58,597 nt of DNA from a virus (IMGVR_UViG_3300045988_136606:1-58597); one strand, 5' to 3'. Shown: positions 38,755 through 47,650, counted from the first letter of the stretch. The notes: generated by a model not told the origin, from the sequence alone. Program-made: numbers and translations.

Positions 38755-39729
38755 ATGAGTATCGATAAAAATATTGTTGAATTGTTTGGAAAGGCTCAAA
38801 ATGGCGATAGAGAGGCTGTAACAAGCATTGTTGAGGATAATATGGGGCTTGTATATAAGCAAGCAAAGAAATTCAAAGGTAAAGCAATAAGTTACGATGA
38901 TGCAATTCAGGTTGGGAGTCTAGGATTATTACATTCTATACAAAATTATGACCCAGAACTAGGAATAAAATTTTCAACTTATGCAACAAGCAATATAATA
39001 GGTAAAATAATGCATACTGTAAGAGATCATAGAGAAGATGTACCATTCAGAATTCCAAGAAAAAATTTTAATGAATATAGACAAATCAAGCAAATTAGAA
39101 AAGAATTCGAAAAAATGCAAAGAGAACCCACTCTAAAAGAAATGTCAGAAATTATGGGAATAACAATACAAGAAATTACAAAGACATTACATCTTATGGA
39201 GGGTAAACTTCCCATGGACAGCACAATGAAAGCATCTAAACATAAAACAAAGGCTGTAAAATTTTCAGAAACATTAGAGAGCAATAGCATATCAGAAGAC
39301 CAAATAATTTTCAAAATAGATATCCCTAATGCTATTAATAAGCTACCAGAAAGGGAAAAATTAGTAATAATAAAAAGATTCTACGAAGAAAAAAGTCAGT
39401 CAGAGATTGGAAAAGAATTACAAACAAGTCAAGCACAAATTCACAGAATAGAAAAAGGAGCATTAAAAAATCTAAAAGATATTTTGAACGGAAAGAATAT
39501 AGAAATATTGGACTTGGACAAGCTAGTAACTAGAAAACGCAGAGATATAGATGTAGTAACAACGGATTTAAGTTGTCTTACACAGAGACAAAAGAAGTGT
39601 GTTGATTTAGTATTTGGCAAAGGACTAACACAAGCTGAGGCAGGCAAAATATTAGGCGTGAGTAAACATAATGTATATGCAGCGATAACCGAAGCAATAA
39701 AAAAACTAGATAAAAAGAAAATTAGTTAA
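38755..39729 (+). CDS. Sigma-70 family RNA polymerase sigma factor with an extra C-terminal region-4-like HTH
   Basis: Region 2 DDAIQVGSLGLLHSIQNYDPELGIKFSTYATSNIIG. Region 4 LPEREKLVIIKRFYEEKSQSEIGKELQTSQAQIHRIE. A second HTH: LTQRQKKCVDLVFGKGLTQAEAGKILGVSKHNV. Confidence 0.75.
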   Translation: MSIDKNIVELFGKAQNGDREAVTSIVEDNMGLVYKQAKKFKGKAISYDDAIQVGSLGLLHSIQNYDPELGIKFSTYATSNIIGKIMHTVRDHREDVPFRIPRKNFNEYRQIKQIRKEFEKMQREPTLKEMSEIMGITIQEITKTLHLMEGKLPMDSTMKASKHKTKAVKFSETLESNSISEDQIIFKIDIPNAINKLPEREKLVIIKRFYEEKSQSEIGKELQTSQAQIHRIEKGALKNLKDILNGKNIEILDLDKLVTRKRRDIDVVTTDLSCLTQRQKKCVDLVFGKGLTQAEAGKILGVSKHNVYAAITEAIKKLDKKKIS

Positions 39730-39743
39730 GGGGATGAAAACTA

Positions 39744-39935
39744 ATGAAAAAGGTACTAGGAGGTAAAGAAAAAAGCTGCATAAACTGTGGAGGCACAATG
39801 ATACATCTTAAAGTAAAAGGACTAGGCGTAGTAAGCCAGTGTCGAGAATGCGGTAATTTAGTAAATGGAAGAATAAAAGATGAAGTTAGAGTATGGAGTT
39901 ATGATCCAATAACAAAAGAGGTTATTAACAGTTAA
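39744..39935 (+). CDS. Small zinc-ribbon protein
   Basis: CINCGG...CRECGN. Confidence 0.5.
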   Translation: MKKVLGGKEKSCINCGGTMIHLKVKGLGVVSQCRECGNLVNGRIKDEVRVWSYDPITKEVINS

Positions 39936-39965
39936 ATAAAAGTTACTTTAAAAGGAGTTGATTGT

Positions 39966-40697
39966 ATGAACTTATTAAGTATAGAAATTACAATGACATC
40001 TTTAGAAGTAGTAGACTTGATAAATAAATTTAGAGAGGAAGAAGGAAATAAAGGGGCAGTAAGACACGACAACTTTATGGCTAGTATACGAAAAGAAATT
40101 AAATCACTTGAAAATGTTGGTATAAAAAAGGATGAATACATAGACAAACAAAACCAACAAAGACCATACTATATACTAAATTATGAATGTATAAATTATC
40201 TTAAAAATAATAGTAAACATGATATATCAGCATATTGTTATATGTTAGAGAAACTAGGAGGAGACAAAGTTAACCTAGAAATATTACCAGCGACATCAAC
40301 AAGAAAAGAATTATTGATAGATAAAATACTATTAGCGTGGTTTGATAAGGAGCAAATATATCGCCAGTATCCTGTATTAAACTATAGATTAGATTACTAC
40401 ATCCCTGATTGCAACTTAATCATAGAATACGATGAGTCGAGTGGACATAAAAACAAAGAAAAGGATAATAAACGAATGCAAGAAATTTTAGAGTTTTTAA
40501 TCCAAGAATGGGTAAATGATCCTGAATCTGATGGATATGATGTAGATAGATATATTAGCGGGAAATTTAAATTAAATGACATCATAACTGTTATAAGGAT
40601 TGAAGAATTTAAAGAGGAAAGGGGATTAAATGAGCTGTTTGAGTTCTTAACTGGTGATGTTAAAGGGGCAAGTAAATTAGTAAATTTAAATAGATAG
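39966..40697 (+). CDS. Rha-like regulatory N-terminal domain fused to a PD-(D/E)XK-like domain
   Basis: MTSLEVVDLINKF...AVRHDNFMASIRKEI. C-terminal YRLDYYIPDCNLIIEYDE. Confidence 0.45.
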   Translation: MNLLSIEITMTSLEVVDLINKFREEEGNKGAVRHDNFMASIRKEIKSLENVGIKKDEYIDKQNQQRPYYILNYECINYLKNNSKHDISAYCYMLEKLGGDKVNLEILPATSTRKELLIDKILLAWFDKEQIYRQYPVLNYRLDYYIPDCNLIIEYDESSGHKNKEKDNKRMQEILEFLIQEWVNDPESDGYDVDRYISGKFKLNDIITVIRIEEFKEERGLNELFEFLTGDVKGASKLVNLNR

Positions 40698-40758
40698 TAA
40701 CTGAAACACTAAATAAAAAATACGAAAGAAAATTATTAAGTGCGGAGGAAATAAATTA

Positions 40759-40923
40759 ATGAAATTAACAGGATTACAAATAAGAAATATACAGATGTTG
40801 CAAGACCTAGAAAAAATGATAAAAGAACTTGAGATAAAAAGGATAGAGCATGATTTATTAAATAAAAACAAATATGCTGAACTATATAAGGTTTATCATA
40901 GATTGTTAGAGGGGATTAGATGA
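40759..40923 (+). CDS. Small hypothetical protein (54 aa)
   Basis: RBS gcggagg. Untracked ORF. Confidence 0.35.
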   Translation: MKLTGLQIRNIQMLQDLEKMIKELEIKRIEHDLLNKNKYAELYKVYHRLLEGIR

Positions 40924-41028
40924 AAGAGGTTATAAAGTTTGCTAGATTCTACTATGAGCTAGGATATAGCTTAAATGAAGCGATAACTATGGCTATTAAT
41001 ATAGCTAGAGAAGTGGAGATGAGTAAAT

Positions 41029-41385
41029 ATGAAAGGTGAAGATTTAGAACAAGCAACTTTAATACAATGGTGCAATTTACAGTCTTGCAAATATGAAGAA
41101 TTAAAATGGATTTATGCAATTCCTAATGGTGGTTATAGAAATAAAGCAGAAGCAAAAAAATTAAAAGCTACCGGAACAAAACGTGGATGCCCAGACCTTT
41201 GCTTACCAGTTGCTAAAAATGGAAAACATGGCTTGTATATTGAGATGAAATATGGAAAGAATAAATGCACCATAGAACAAGTTAAATGGCTAGATTGGTT
41301 ATATAAGCAGGGATATATGTGTAAAATATGCTATTCAGCAGATGAAGCAATAGAGGTAATAAAAGAGTACTTGGGGATTAAATAG
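41029..41385 (+). CDS. VRR-NUC domain nuclease
   Basis: EQATLIQWCNL...IPNGG...GCPDLCLP...GLYIEMKYGKNK...QVKWLDWL. Confidence 0.7.
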   Translation: MKGEDLEQATLIQWCNLQSCKYEELKWIYAIPNGGYRNKAEAKKLKATGTKRGCPDLCLPVAKNGKHGLYIEMKYGKNKCTIEQVKWLDWLYKQGYMCKICYSADEAIEVIKEYLGIK

Positions 41386-41413
41386 TTTTGTAATAAAAGA
41401 AAGGTGATATATT

Positions 41414-41542
41414 ATGAAAGAATTGCTTTTGAAAATTGAAATTACAGATGATCCAACGGAAAAGTTAAGACTATACAGAATTTTAAAAAGAATAATAAAC
41501 ATTCAGATGATGAATTTAAAAAAACAATTGGAAAAACAATAA
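41414..41542 (+). CDS. Small hypothetical protein (42 aa)
   Basis: RBS aaaggtg. Untracked ORF. Confidence 0.3.
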   Translation: MKELLLKIEITDDPTEKLRLYRILKRIINIQMMNLKKQLEKQ

Positions 41543-41628
41543 AATAACAATTAAATAGGGGATTATGCAATACCAGTATAGTTCCCTATTATTATTTGAA
41601 AATCAAATGAAAATATGGAGGTGATATT

Positions 41629-41745
41629 ATGCTAGACGAGTTAAAAGAGATACTTAGCAGTTTATATTGCCAACTAGGATTGACCAGTGAAGTAGTAAGG
41701 CTGAGTGAGGTAATAGATGAACTAATTAATCAAGAAATGAAATAA
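41629..41745 (+). CDS. Spo0E-like small protein (38 aa)
   Basis: RBS ggaggtg. MLDELKEILSSLYCQLGLTSEVVRLSEVIDELINQEMK fits the Spo0E-family helix-hairpin pattern (...vv.lSq.lD.li). Confidence 0.45.
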   Translation: MLDELKEILSSLYCQLGLTSEVVRLSEVIDELINQEMK

Positions 41746-41758
41746 GGGGGATTTAAAT

Positions 41759-42124
41759 ATGTTATTAAATAGAAAATATATAAATGACCTTACAGAAGAA
41801 TTAGAGAGAGCACAAGAAACAAATAAAGATTGTCTTAAAATAATAGAATTCTGGAGAGAAAGAAGCAACAAATTAAAGGAAGATATAGAAGTAAAAGAAG
41901 ACACAATCGAAAATCTATTAGATTCAAATAAAGAGTTAAGCCTAGCAAATACTTACTTAGAAAAACAAAATATATCATTTGCAAAGGAAAATGCAAAGTT
42001 GGAAAAAGAATTACAAGAGTTAAAAACTAAACACAGTAGAGTCACTGGACAATTGGACAAGTTAAGAAATTACTGTAGACAGTTAACAGGCATAGATATA
42101 TTAGGAACAGGGGAGGATGAATAA
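41759..42124 (+). CDS. Coiled-coil hypothetical protein
   Basis: RBS aaggggg. Confidence 0.5.
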   Translation: MLLNRKYINDLTEELERAQETNKDCLKIIEFWRERSNKLKEDIEVKEDTIENLLDSNKELSLANTYLEKQNISFAKENAKLEKELQELKTKHSRVTGQLDKLRNYCRQLTGIDILGTGEDE

Positions 42125-42125
42125 T

Positions 42126-42443
42126 ATGGAGGTTGCTAAAATAACTGTAACAGATATCGGAGGAACTTATAGAGATGTAGCAGATGCAGCAAGAACTACA
42201 ATAGGATTGAAAGAAGGGAAAAAAGAAATATCAGAAAGTTATATGTACAAAATGTGGAAAAAGAAAGGTGTTGAAATAATGAAAATAAAATTAAAAGGTC
42301 CAATTGATAATTATTGTCAACGCTGTTTAGAAGTTAGAAATATGGAATTACCAAACTGTGAAAGAGAATGTGAATATTATAGAAGAGGGTTACAAGTTAA
42401 TCCTATTATTTATGAGGAGGTAAAAAGAAATGAAAATAGATAA
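42126..42443 (+). CDS. Hypothetical protein; the N-terminus resembles the N-terminus of the next gene
   Basis: YRDVADAARTTIGLKEG versus WQDVKDATMNTIGKNTG in the next ORF. Cys-rich C-terminus. Confidence 0.4.
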   Translation: MEVAKITVTDIGGTYRDVADAARTTIGLKEGKKEISESYMYKMWKKKGVEIMKIKLKGPIDNYCQRCLEVRNMELPNCERECEYYRRGLQVNPIIYEEVKRNENR

Positions 42444-42990
42444 ATTTAAACATGCTGATAATTGGCAAGACGTTAAGGACGCAACTATGAATACAATAGG
42501 AAAAAATACAGGAGCATACCCTGATAGTAAATGGAAAAGACAATTGATATTATCAGAGCATTCACCAATAAGAAAATTAAAATTTGAATGGCGTTGGTAT
42601 GATTTGAAATCTTGGGTTTCTGTGCATTTTGTTAGACATAAATTTGGTATAGACCACTTTGTTAAAACTCAAAGAACTGACCGTACAGGAATTAACAGAG
42701 ATGATTTACCACAAGGTAGTTTAGTAAACCATGAAGTTGAAGCAAATGCACAAGCACTTATCAATATATCTAGAAAAAGATTATGTAGCTGCGCGTCTCC
42801 TGAAACTAGGGAGGCGTGGCAAGCCGTTAAGGATGAGGTAGCTAAGACTGAACCGGAATTAGCAAGCTGCATGGTTAGAGAATGTATTTACAGAGGTTTC
42901 TGTCCTGAGATGTTTGGTTGTGGTTATGATAAGACTGAGGCTTTTAGAAAAGAGGTTAAAAAATATAGGGGGTTAGAATATGGCTTGTAG
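42430..42990 (+). CDS. ThyX-like (flavin-dependent thymidylate synthase-like) divergent protein
   Basis: SEHSPIR...FEW...VHFVRHKFGIDHFVKTQRTDR resembles the ThyX RHR..S....SqRY core, but with RHK and no conserved Ser. 186 aa. Confidence 0.35.
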   Translation: MKIDKFKHADNWQDVKDATMNTIGKNTGAYPDSKWKRQLILSEHSPIRKLKFEWRWYDLKSWVSVHFVRHKFGIDHFVKTQRTDRTGINRDDLPQGSLVNHEVEANAQALINISRKRLCSCASPETREAWQAVKDEVAKTEPELASCMVRECIYRGFCPEMFGCGYDKTEAFRKEVKKYRGLEYGL

Positions 42991-43168
42991 AAGAAAAACA
43001 AAAGGAGAACGTGAACTTATAGCAGATATAAACAAGAGATTTAAAGTATTCTGCAATGAGTCTTATGATTTAGAGGGAATAGGTTGTATGAATTGTGAAC
43101 TAGACTTTGAAGATGAAGAAAGTTGTGAAATACAATATGTGAAAAAGTTACTAGGAAAGGATGAATAG
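42980..43168 (+). CDS. Hypothetical small Cys-containing protein
   Basis: RBS agggggt. Confidence 0.4.
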   Translation: MACRRKTKGERELIADINKRFKVFCNESYDLEGIGCMNCELDFEDEESCEIQYVKKLLGKDE

Positions 43169-43474
43169 ATGAATATAGAAGAAATTAATGGAGCTATAAA
43201 AGAAATAGCAGATAATTTTGGTTTAGTTACGCAACAGTTAAAACTAATTGAAGAACTGGGAGAATTGACAAGGGAAATATCAAAAGATATAGCAAATGGT
43301 AGGGAAATATCAGATGAAACAATTTCAGAAATTGCAGATGTAAATATCTTAATCAATCAAATATTGTATCTATCAAGTAATAAGGATTACAACTCAAAAG
43401 AAAAGCTAAAAGAACATATAGAATATAAACTTCAAAGAACTATCCAAAGAATAAACATAGGATATTATAAGTAA
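43169..43474 (+). CDS. MazG-like nucleotide pyrophosphohydrolase
   Basis: LKLIEELGELTREISK...ISEIADVNILINQI. Confidence 0.65.
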   Translation: MNIEEINGAIKEIADNFGLVTQQLKLIEELGELTREISKDIANGREISDETISEIADVNILINQILYLSSNKDYNSKEKLKEHIEYKLQRTIQRINIGYYK

Positions 43475-43490
43475 GAGGAGTTGAGGGAGT

Positions 43491-43889
43491 ATGGAGAAAA
43501 GAGAATTACAAGAATACATAGAAACCAAAAGAGAATTAGATATTATAAAGGATAAAATAGAGTACCTAGAAGAAAAGAAAACAAGCATTAAAAGTATGAT
43601 AATAGATGATATGCCAAAAGGTGGAAGTTTTGAAAATGATAGATTAGGAGCATTGCTAGGAGAAATAGAAGAACTACTTAATATATACAATGAAAAACAA
43701 ATAAGATTACTTAAGCAACAAAGGGCAATAGAAAATACAATAGATAAATTGGAAGATGCAGTAGATAGAAATATAATGAGATTAAGATATATTGACGGAT
43801 ATACGTGGGAAAGACTATGTGTTTTGATGAATTACAGTTGGAATGGAATACATAAAAAGCATAGAAAAATATTAGAAAAAATAAAATAG
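43491..43889 (+). CDS. DUF1492/ArpU-RinA-like late transcriptional regulator (sigma region-4-like)
   Basis: ...DAVDRNIMRLRYIDGYTWERLCVLMNYSWNGIHKKHRKILEKI. Positioned before the packaging genes. Confidence 0.55.
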   Translation: MEKRELQEYIETKRELDIIKDKIEYLEEKKTSIKSMIIDDMPKGGSFENDRLGALLGEIEELLNIYNEKQIRLLKQQRAIENTIDKLEDAVDRNIMRLRYIDGYTWERLCVLMNYSWNGIHKKHRKILEKIK

Positions 43890-43901
43890 GGGAGTAAAGC
43901 A

Positions 43902-44483
43902 ATGAGAAACTGTATATATAGATTAATTGGAGATAATAGACAAATTCTTTATATTGGTAAAGCTGGTAATTTAAAGCAAAGATTGAGTAATCATATACAT
44001 TTACCAGAAGGATGCTATGAGAAAACAAAAAAAATTGAGTATCATTCATTCCTTACAAAAGCAGATATGGATTTTGCTGAAAAGTATTATATAGCAAAGT
44101 ATAAGCCTTTTTATAATGATTTATTGAAGGAAGATATAACAATAAAAGTCAAAGAATTAGATGATGCAAAATTTACATTATACGAAACTAAGCAAAAAGA
44201 AAGCAAAAGAAAATCTAATAATACAATGAGAGATGTAGAGCTATATATTAAACACAATTCTTTTGATAATTATACTTTAAAAGATGGCTTTATAAGATAT
44301 AGAGTTCCAAAAGAAATTGTATTTTCAATAGAAGATAAATTTGAAAATGTATATATCTTTTTTGATGGAGTTGATGGATTTGTTTTAAACGGTGAGAAAT
44401 ACGAAAAATGTTATTATGGAGTATATTCTTATGAAGACCTACATAAATTTTACGTATATTATGAAGATAAGCCACCATTTTAG
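43902..44483 (+). CDS. GIY-YIG nuclease domain protein
   Basis: CIYRLIGDNRQILYIGKAGNLKQRLSNH...YYIAKYKPFYN. Confidence 0.65.
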   Translation: MRNCIYRLIGDNRQILYIGKAGNLKQRLSNHIHLPEGCYEKTKKIEYHSFLTKADMDFAEKYYIAKYKPFYNDLLKEDITIKVKELDDAKFTLYETKQKESKRKSNNTMRDVELYIKHNSFDNYTLKDGFIRYRVPKEIVFSIEDKFENVYIFFDGVDGFVLNGEKYEKCYYGVYSYEDLHKFYVYYEDKPPF

Positions 44484-44529
44484 ATATAAAGAGTTGATAG
44501 AAGTGTACTATTTATGTGTGATATATTTA

Positions 44530-44830
44530 AAGTAGGAAGATTGGTCAGATAACCACACTATCTGGAGACATGAGAATAACATTCTTAAAAATTAAGTTCT
44601 GTCGGGAAGCATAACAGCAGAGGTGCTGGCTTCCCAATATGTTGCTATGGGATTTATATACAAGTGGATTATTAAATTGTCGACTATATATGAAACAAGT
44701 ATATACTCGTGTTCAACTCATGAGGGCGACTAATATATATATTAAAACATAGTAGTAGGAGTGAGAGGACCACTTTAAAACCTCCGGAGTAAACCGTGAT
44801 AAAATCAAAATATTCATATATATTGTGTTT
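44530..44830 (+). ncRNA. Candidate structured non-coding RNA or packaging-site region
   Basis: No ORF, and locally higher G+C. Nested hairpins include CAGATA-N7-TATCTG, GGGAAGC-N18-GCTTCCC, CTATATA-N9-TATATA and GGAG...CTCC. Confidence 0.35.
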
Positions 44831-44988
44831 AAAAAAATCTATATAATATATCTATATATCTATATCTTTAATTATTTATATTCCATTTTAATGCACCCAA
44901 ATCAATGGGTGCAATATGAAGGTATGAGTATTATCCAGTGCAACTCTGGAAACCTTCTAATGATTGTTTTTTATTCATTACTCCCACA

Positions 44989-45022
44989 AGGGCGCTAATA
45001 ATTTAGTGCTCTTTTTTATTTT
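44989..45022 (+). terminator. Rho-independent terminator immediately upstream of the late operon
   Basis: AGGGCGCTA-N6-TAGTGCTCT followed by TTTTTTATTTT. It ends 19 nt before the RBS of the 45041 gene. Confidence 0.6.
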
Positions 45023-45040
45023 GTATGAAGGTGTGATTAT

Positions 45041-45475
45041 ATGGTGAAAAGATGGAAGGAAATAGATGAAGTTATAAAACCTACAATAGAAATTCCAAAG
45101 GAATTGTACAAATATGATGACATTATGAAGGAAATACCAAACTTTGATAAAACGGATGGAGCAAAGAAAGTGTATGAAAGAAAAGAATACATAATACTAG
45201 CAGTAAAGAAAGGATATGTTGTATATAACACTGAGAAGCCATTTATAAAAGGACATTCCCATATATATGGTTTTAATGTCGCTAAAACAGTAATAGATAA
45301 CTGCATAAGAAAAAAGATGCCTAAAACTAGAAACTTGTATCTATTGACCAGTCATGCGAGGGTAAGTAATGATGAAAAATATATAAGATTAGTTCAGGAA
45401 TTAATAGAAGCTAAGTCGGACAAAAGAAAGCTAAAATATAGAAATAAAAATATAAATAGCAAAAGGAGCAAATAA
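45041..45475 (+). CDS. Hypothetical protein (first late-operon gene)
   Basis: RBS gaaggtgtg. Confidence 0.55.
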   Translation: MVKRWKEIDEVIKPTIEIPKELYKYDDIMKEIPNFDKTDGAKKVYERKEYIILAVKKGYVVYNTEKPFIKGHSHIYGFNVAKTVIDNCIRKKMPKTRNLYLLTSHARVSNDEKYIRLVQELIEAKSDKRKLKYRNKNINSKRSK

Positions 45476-45476
45476 A

Positions 45477-45683
45477 ATGATATTTAAAATATATTTAGCG
45501 TTTGTAATAGTATCGTTAATATCATTTGCATTATATTTTCTAAGAATTAATGAATATTTAGCAGAACAAGGATTGCGATGTGTGGCAAATATGTCTACTG
45601 TGAAAATGCATAATATATTGCTTTATACCTTTATTTCATATTTATTTTGGCCACGAGTGCTATTACTTTGGAGTTATAGCTAA
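45477..45683 (+). CDS. Small membrane protein
   Basis: RBS aaaaggag. Two hydrophobic helices. Confidence 0.45.
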   Translation: MIFKIYLAFVIVSLISFALYFLRINEYLAEQGLRCVANMSTVKMHNILLYTFISYLFWPRVLLLWSYS

Positions 45684-45757
45684 TGATGAAGAGTTTGAAG
45701 AATTTTATAATGGAAATGAGGAAGATGCTTAAATAGAAAAGATAATGGGGTGGTGAT

Positions 45758-46618
45758 ATGGCAAGGGTAAGAAGTCCAAACAGAGATAAAGCATTTGAGA
45801 TATATAAATTAAATAACGGTGAAATCTTACTCAAGGATATTGCTACGCAGCTTGGGGTTAAAGATACTCAGATAAGGAAATGGAAATCTCAAGACAAATG
45901 GGAAGAAAAAATAAAAGGAACGTTACCTAAGAATAAAAGGAACGTAACTAATAAAAAAGTAGCTAAAAAGAAGAATACAGAACAGACTGATTTTAATGAA
46001 GTGGAGTCAATATTAGAAAATACTAAACTTACTGATAAGCAAAAGCTTTTCTGTATTTATTATATAAAGAGTTTTAATGCTACCAAAGCTTATCAGAAAG
46101 CTTATCAATGCAAGTATGATGTAGCTAATTCAGAAGGATATAAGCTTCTTGTAAAACCTTGTATCAAATTAGAAATACAAAAGCTTAAGAAAAATAAACT
46201 TAATAGAGCTATGTTAAGTGAAGATGATATATTTCAAAAGTATATAGATATAGCTTTTGCAGATATAACAGATTACTTAGAGTTCAATAGTAAGGAAGTA
46301 CAAGGCGAATATGGAACATACACTAAAAATACTATAAGCCTTAAAAATAGTGGCGAAGTAGATGGAAGCTTAATAAGTGAGATATCAGAAGGCAGAGACG
46401 GAATAAAAATAAAGCTACAAGACAAAATGAAAGCATTGCAATGGCTATCAGATAGAATGGACTTATTACCTACTAGTGTAAAAACTAAACTTGATATAGA
46501 AATGCTTAAACTGGAAGTGGAAATGAACAAACATGATAATACACAAGAAGAAGTAGAAAACGATGGATTTATAGAAGCTTTAAACAATGCGACAGATGAG
46601 GTATGGAACGATGAATAA
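45758..46618 (+). CDS. terS: Terminase small subunit
   Basis: N-terminal HTH (ILLKDIATQLGVKDTQIRKWK) and Terminase_2-like LTDKQKLFCIYYIKSFNATKAYQKAY. Confidence 0.8.
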   Translation: MARVRSPNRDKAFEIYKLNNGEILLKDIATQLGVKDTQIRKWKSQDKWEEKIKGTLPKNKRNVTNKKVAKKKNTEQTDFNEVESILENTKLTDKQKLFCIYYIKSFNATKAYQKAYQCKYDVANSEGYKLLVKPCIKLEIQKLKKNKLNRAMLSEDDIFQKYIDIAFADITDYLEFNSKEVQGEYGTYTKNTISLKNSGEVDGSLISEISEGRDGIKIKLQDKMKALQWLSDRMDLLPTSVKTKLDIEMLKLEVEMNKHDNTQEEVENDGFIEALNNATDEVWNDE

Positions 46619-47348
46619 GCTTGATGTATTAGAAAAGAAATGGTCCAAAATAAAAAATAATAAAGTCCATACAGTGAAAAAAGCTACTATAAAATTTAAA
46701 CCATTTTCCACTAAACAAAAGAAGGTCCTTACATGGTGGATGGACAATTCACCAGTACATGATATGGATGGAATTATAGCAGATGGAGCTATACGTTCAG
46801 GAAAAACTGTATCAATGTCACTAGCTTATGTTGTATTTGTCATGGAAAAGTTTAATGGACAAAACGCTGGTATGTGCGGTAAAACAATAGGCTCATTTAG
46901 AAGAAATGTACTGTTTTGGCTTAAATTAATGTTAAAAGCTAGAGGATATAATATACAAGATAAAAGAGCAGACAATCTATTAATAGTAACAAAAGGTAAT
47001 GTTACTAATTATTTTTATATATTTGGTGGAAAAGATGAAAGGTCACAGGATCTTATTCAAGGGGTTACATTGTGTTCGTGTTTCTTTGATGAGGTTGCGT
47101 TAATGCCTGAATCTTTCGTTAATCAAGCCACTGGTAGATGTTCAGTGACAGGAAGTAAGTTTTTCTTCAATTGTAACCCAGGGGCACCTTTCCATTGGTT
47201 CAAGAAAAAATGGATAGATGAAGCTGAAAAGAAAAATTTATTGTATTTACATTTTACAATGGATGATAATTTGTCTCTATCAGAAAAGATAAAAGCTAGA
47301 TATAAAGCAATGTATACTGGAGTGTTTTATAACAGATATATTTTGGGT
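46611..47348 (+). CDS. terL: Terminase large subunit, exon 1 (ATPase domain)
   Basis: Walker A GAIRSGKT and Walker B FFDEVALM. Ends ...FYNRYILG. The ATG overlaps the terS stop. Confidence 0.85.
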
Positions 47349-47650
47349 TAACATATTGGCCCCACATATCAGAAATGATATGTTGCAAATTGGGTTAAAA
47401 TTGGAAGGCTAAGTACATAAGTACAAATGTATATGCTAATCAATTACCAATCCTAATGAGAAATCTTAGGAAGGTTTAACGACTAGATAAAGTAAGCTAA
47501 GTAGAAGATACTCTTTTGAGTATCTTTTTATATGCAGAAATATCCACGAAATCCAAAACCTTACCAAGTAAAGTTGAAGGTTATGAGATAGTCTGAACTA
47601 TATAGAAATGTATAGAAGTGAAGGATAAAGAGCCTTTACGATAACAAATG
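47349..47650 (+). ncRNA. Group I intron (ORF-less, 302 nt) in terL
   Basis: Exon 1 ends in U and the intron ends in G. An in-frame TAA sits at the first intron codon. Splicing gives ...RYILG|QWAVADG.... It has P1 (GGGU/GCCC) and P2 (ACATATC-agaaat-GATATGT), and shares long blocks with the TMP intron. Confidence 0.8.

Noticed and set aside
43711-44049. Minus-strand ORF 43711-44049, and similar antisense ORFs in the early region (39027-39314, 39441-39647, 42669-42872, 43063-43356 and 43406-43690)
   Set aside because: They are antisense to motif-supported plus-strand genes and lack translation signals.
44688-44742. tRNA-like element (T-loop-like GTTCAACTC with flanking GTCGAC/GGCGAC)
   Set aside because: It is only about 52 nt, with no D-arm and a 4-bp T-stem, and the acceptor pairing is imperfect. 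This does not fit a tRNA.
44740-44810. Possible c-di-GMP-I (GEMM) riboswitch, because AAAACCTCCGGAGTAAACC resembles the GCAAAGCCUCCGGCCUAAACC segment of known examples
   Set aside because: The partner strand needed to close the P2 helix is absent (CTCCGGAG is merely self-complementary), and the upstream GCAAA/GNRA-tetraloop half is not recognisable. It is left as an unclassified structured region.
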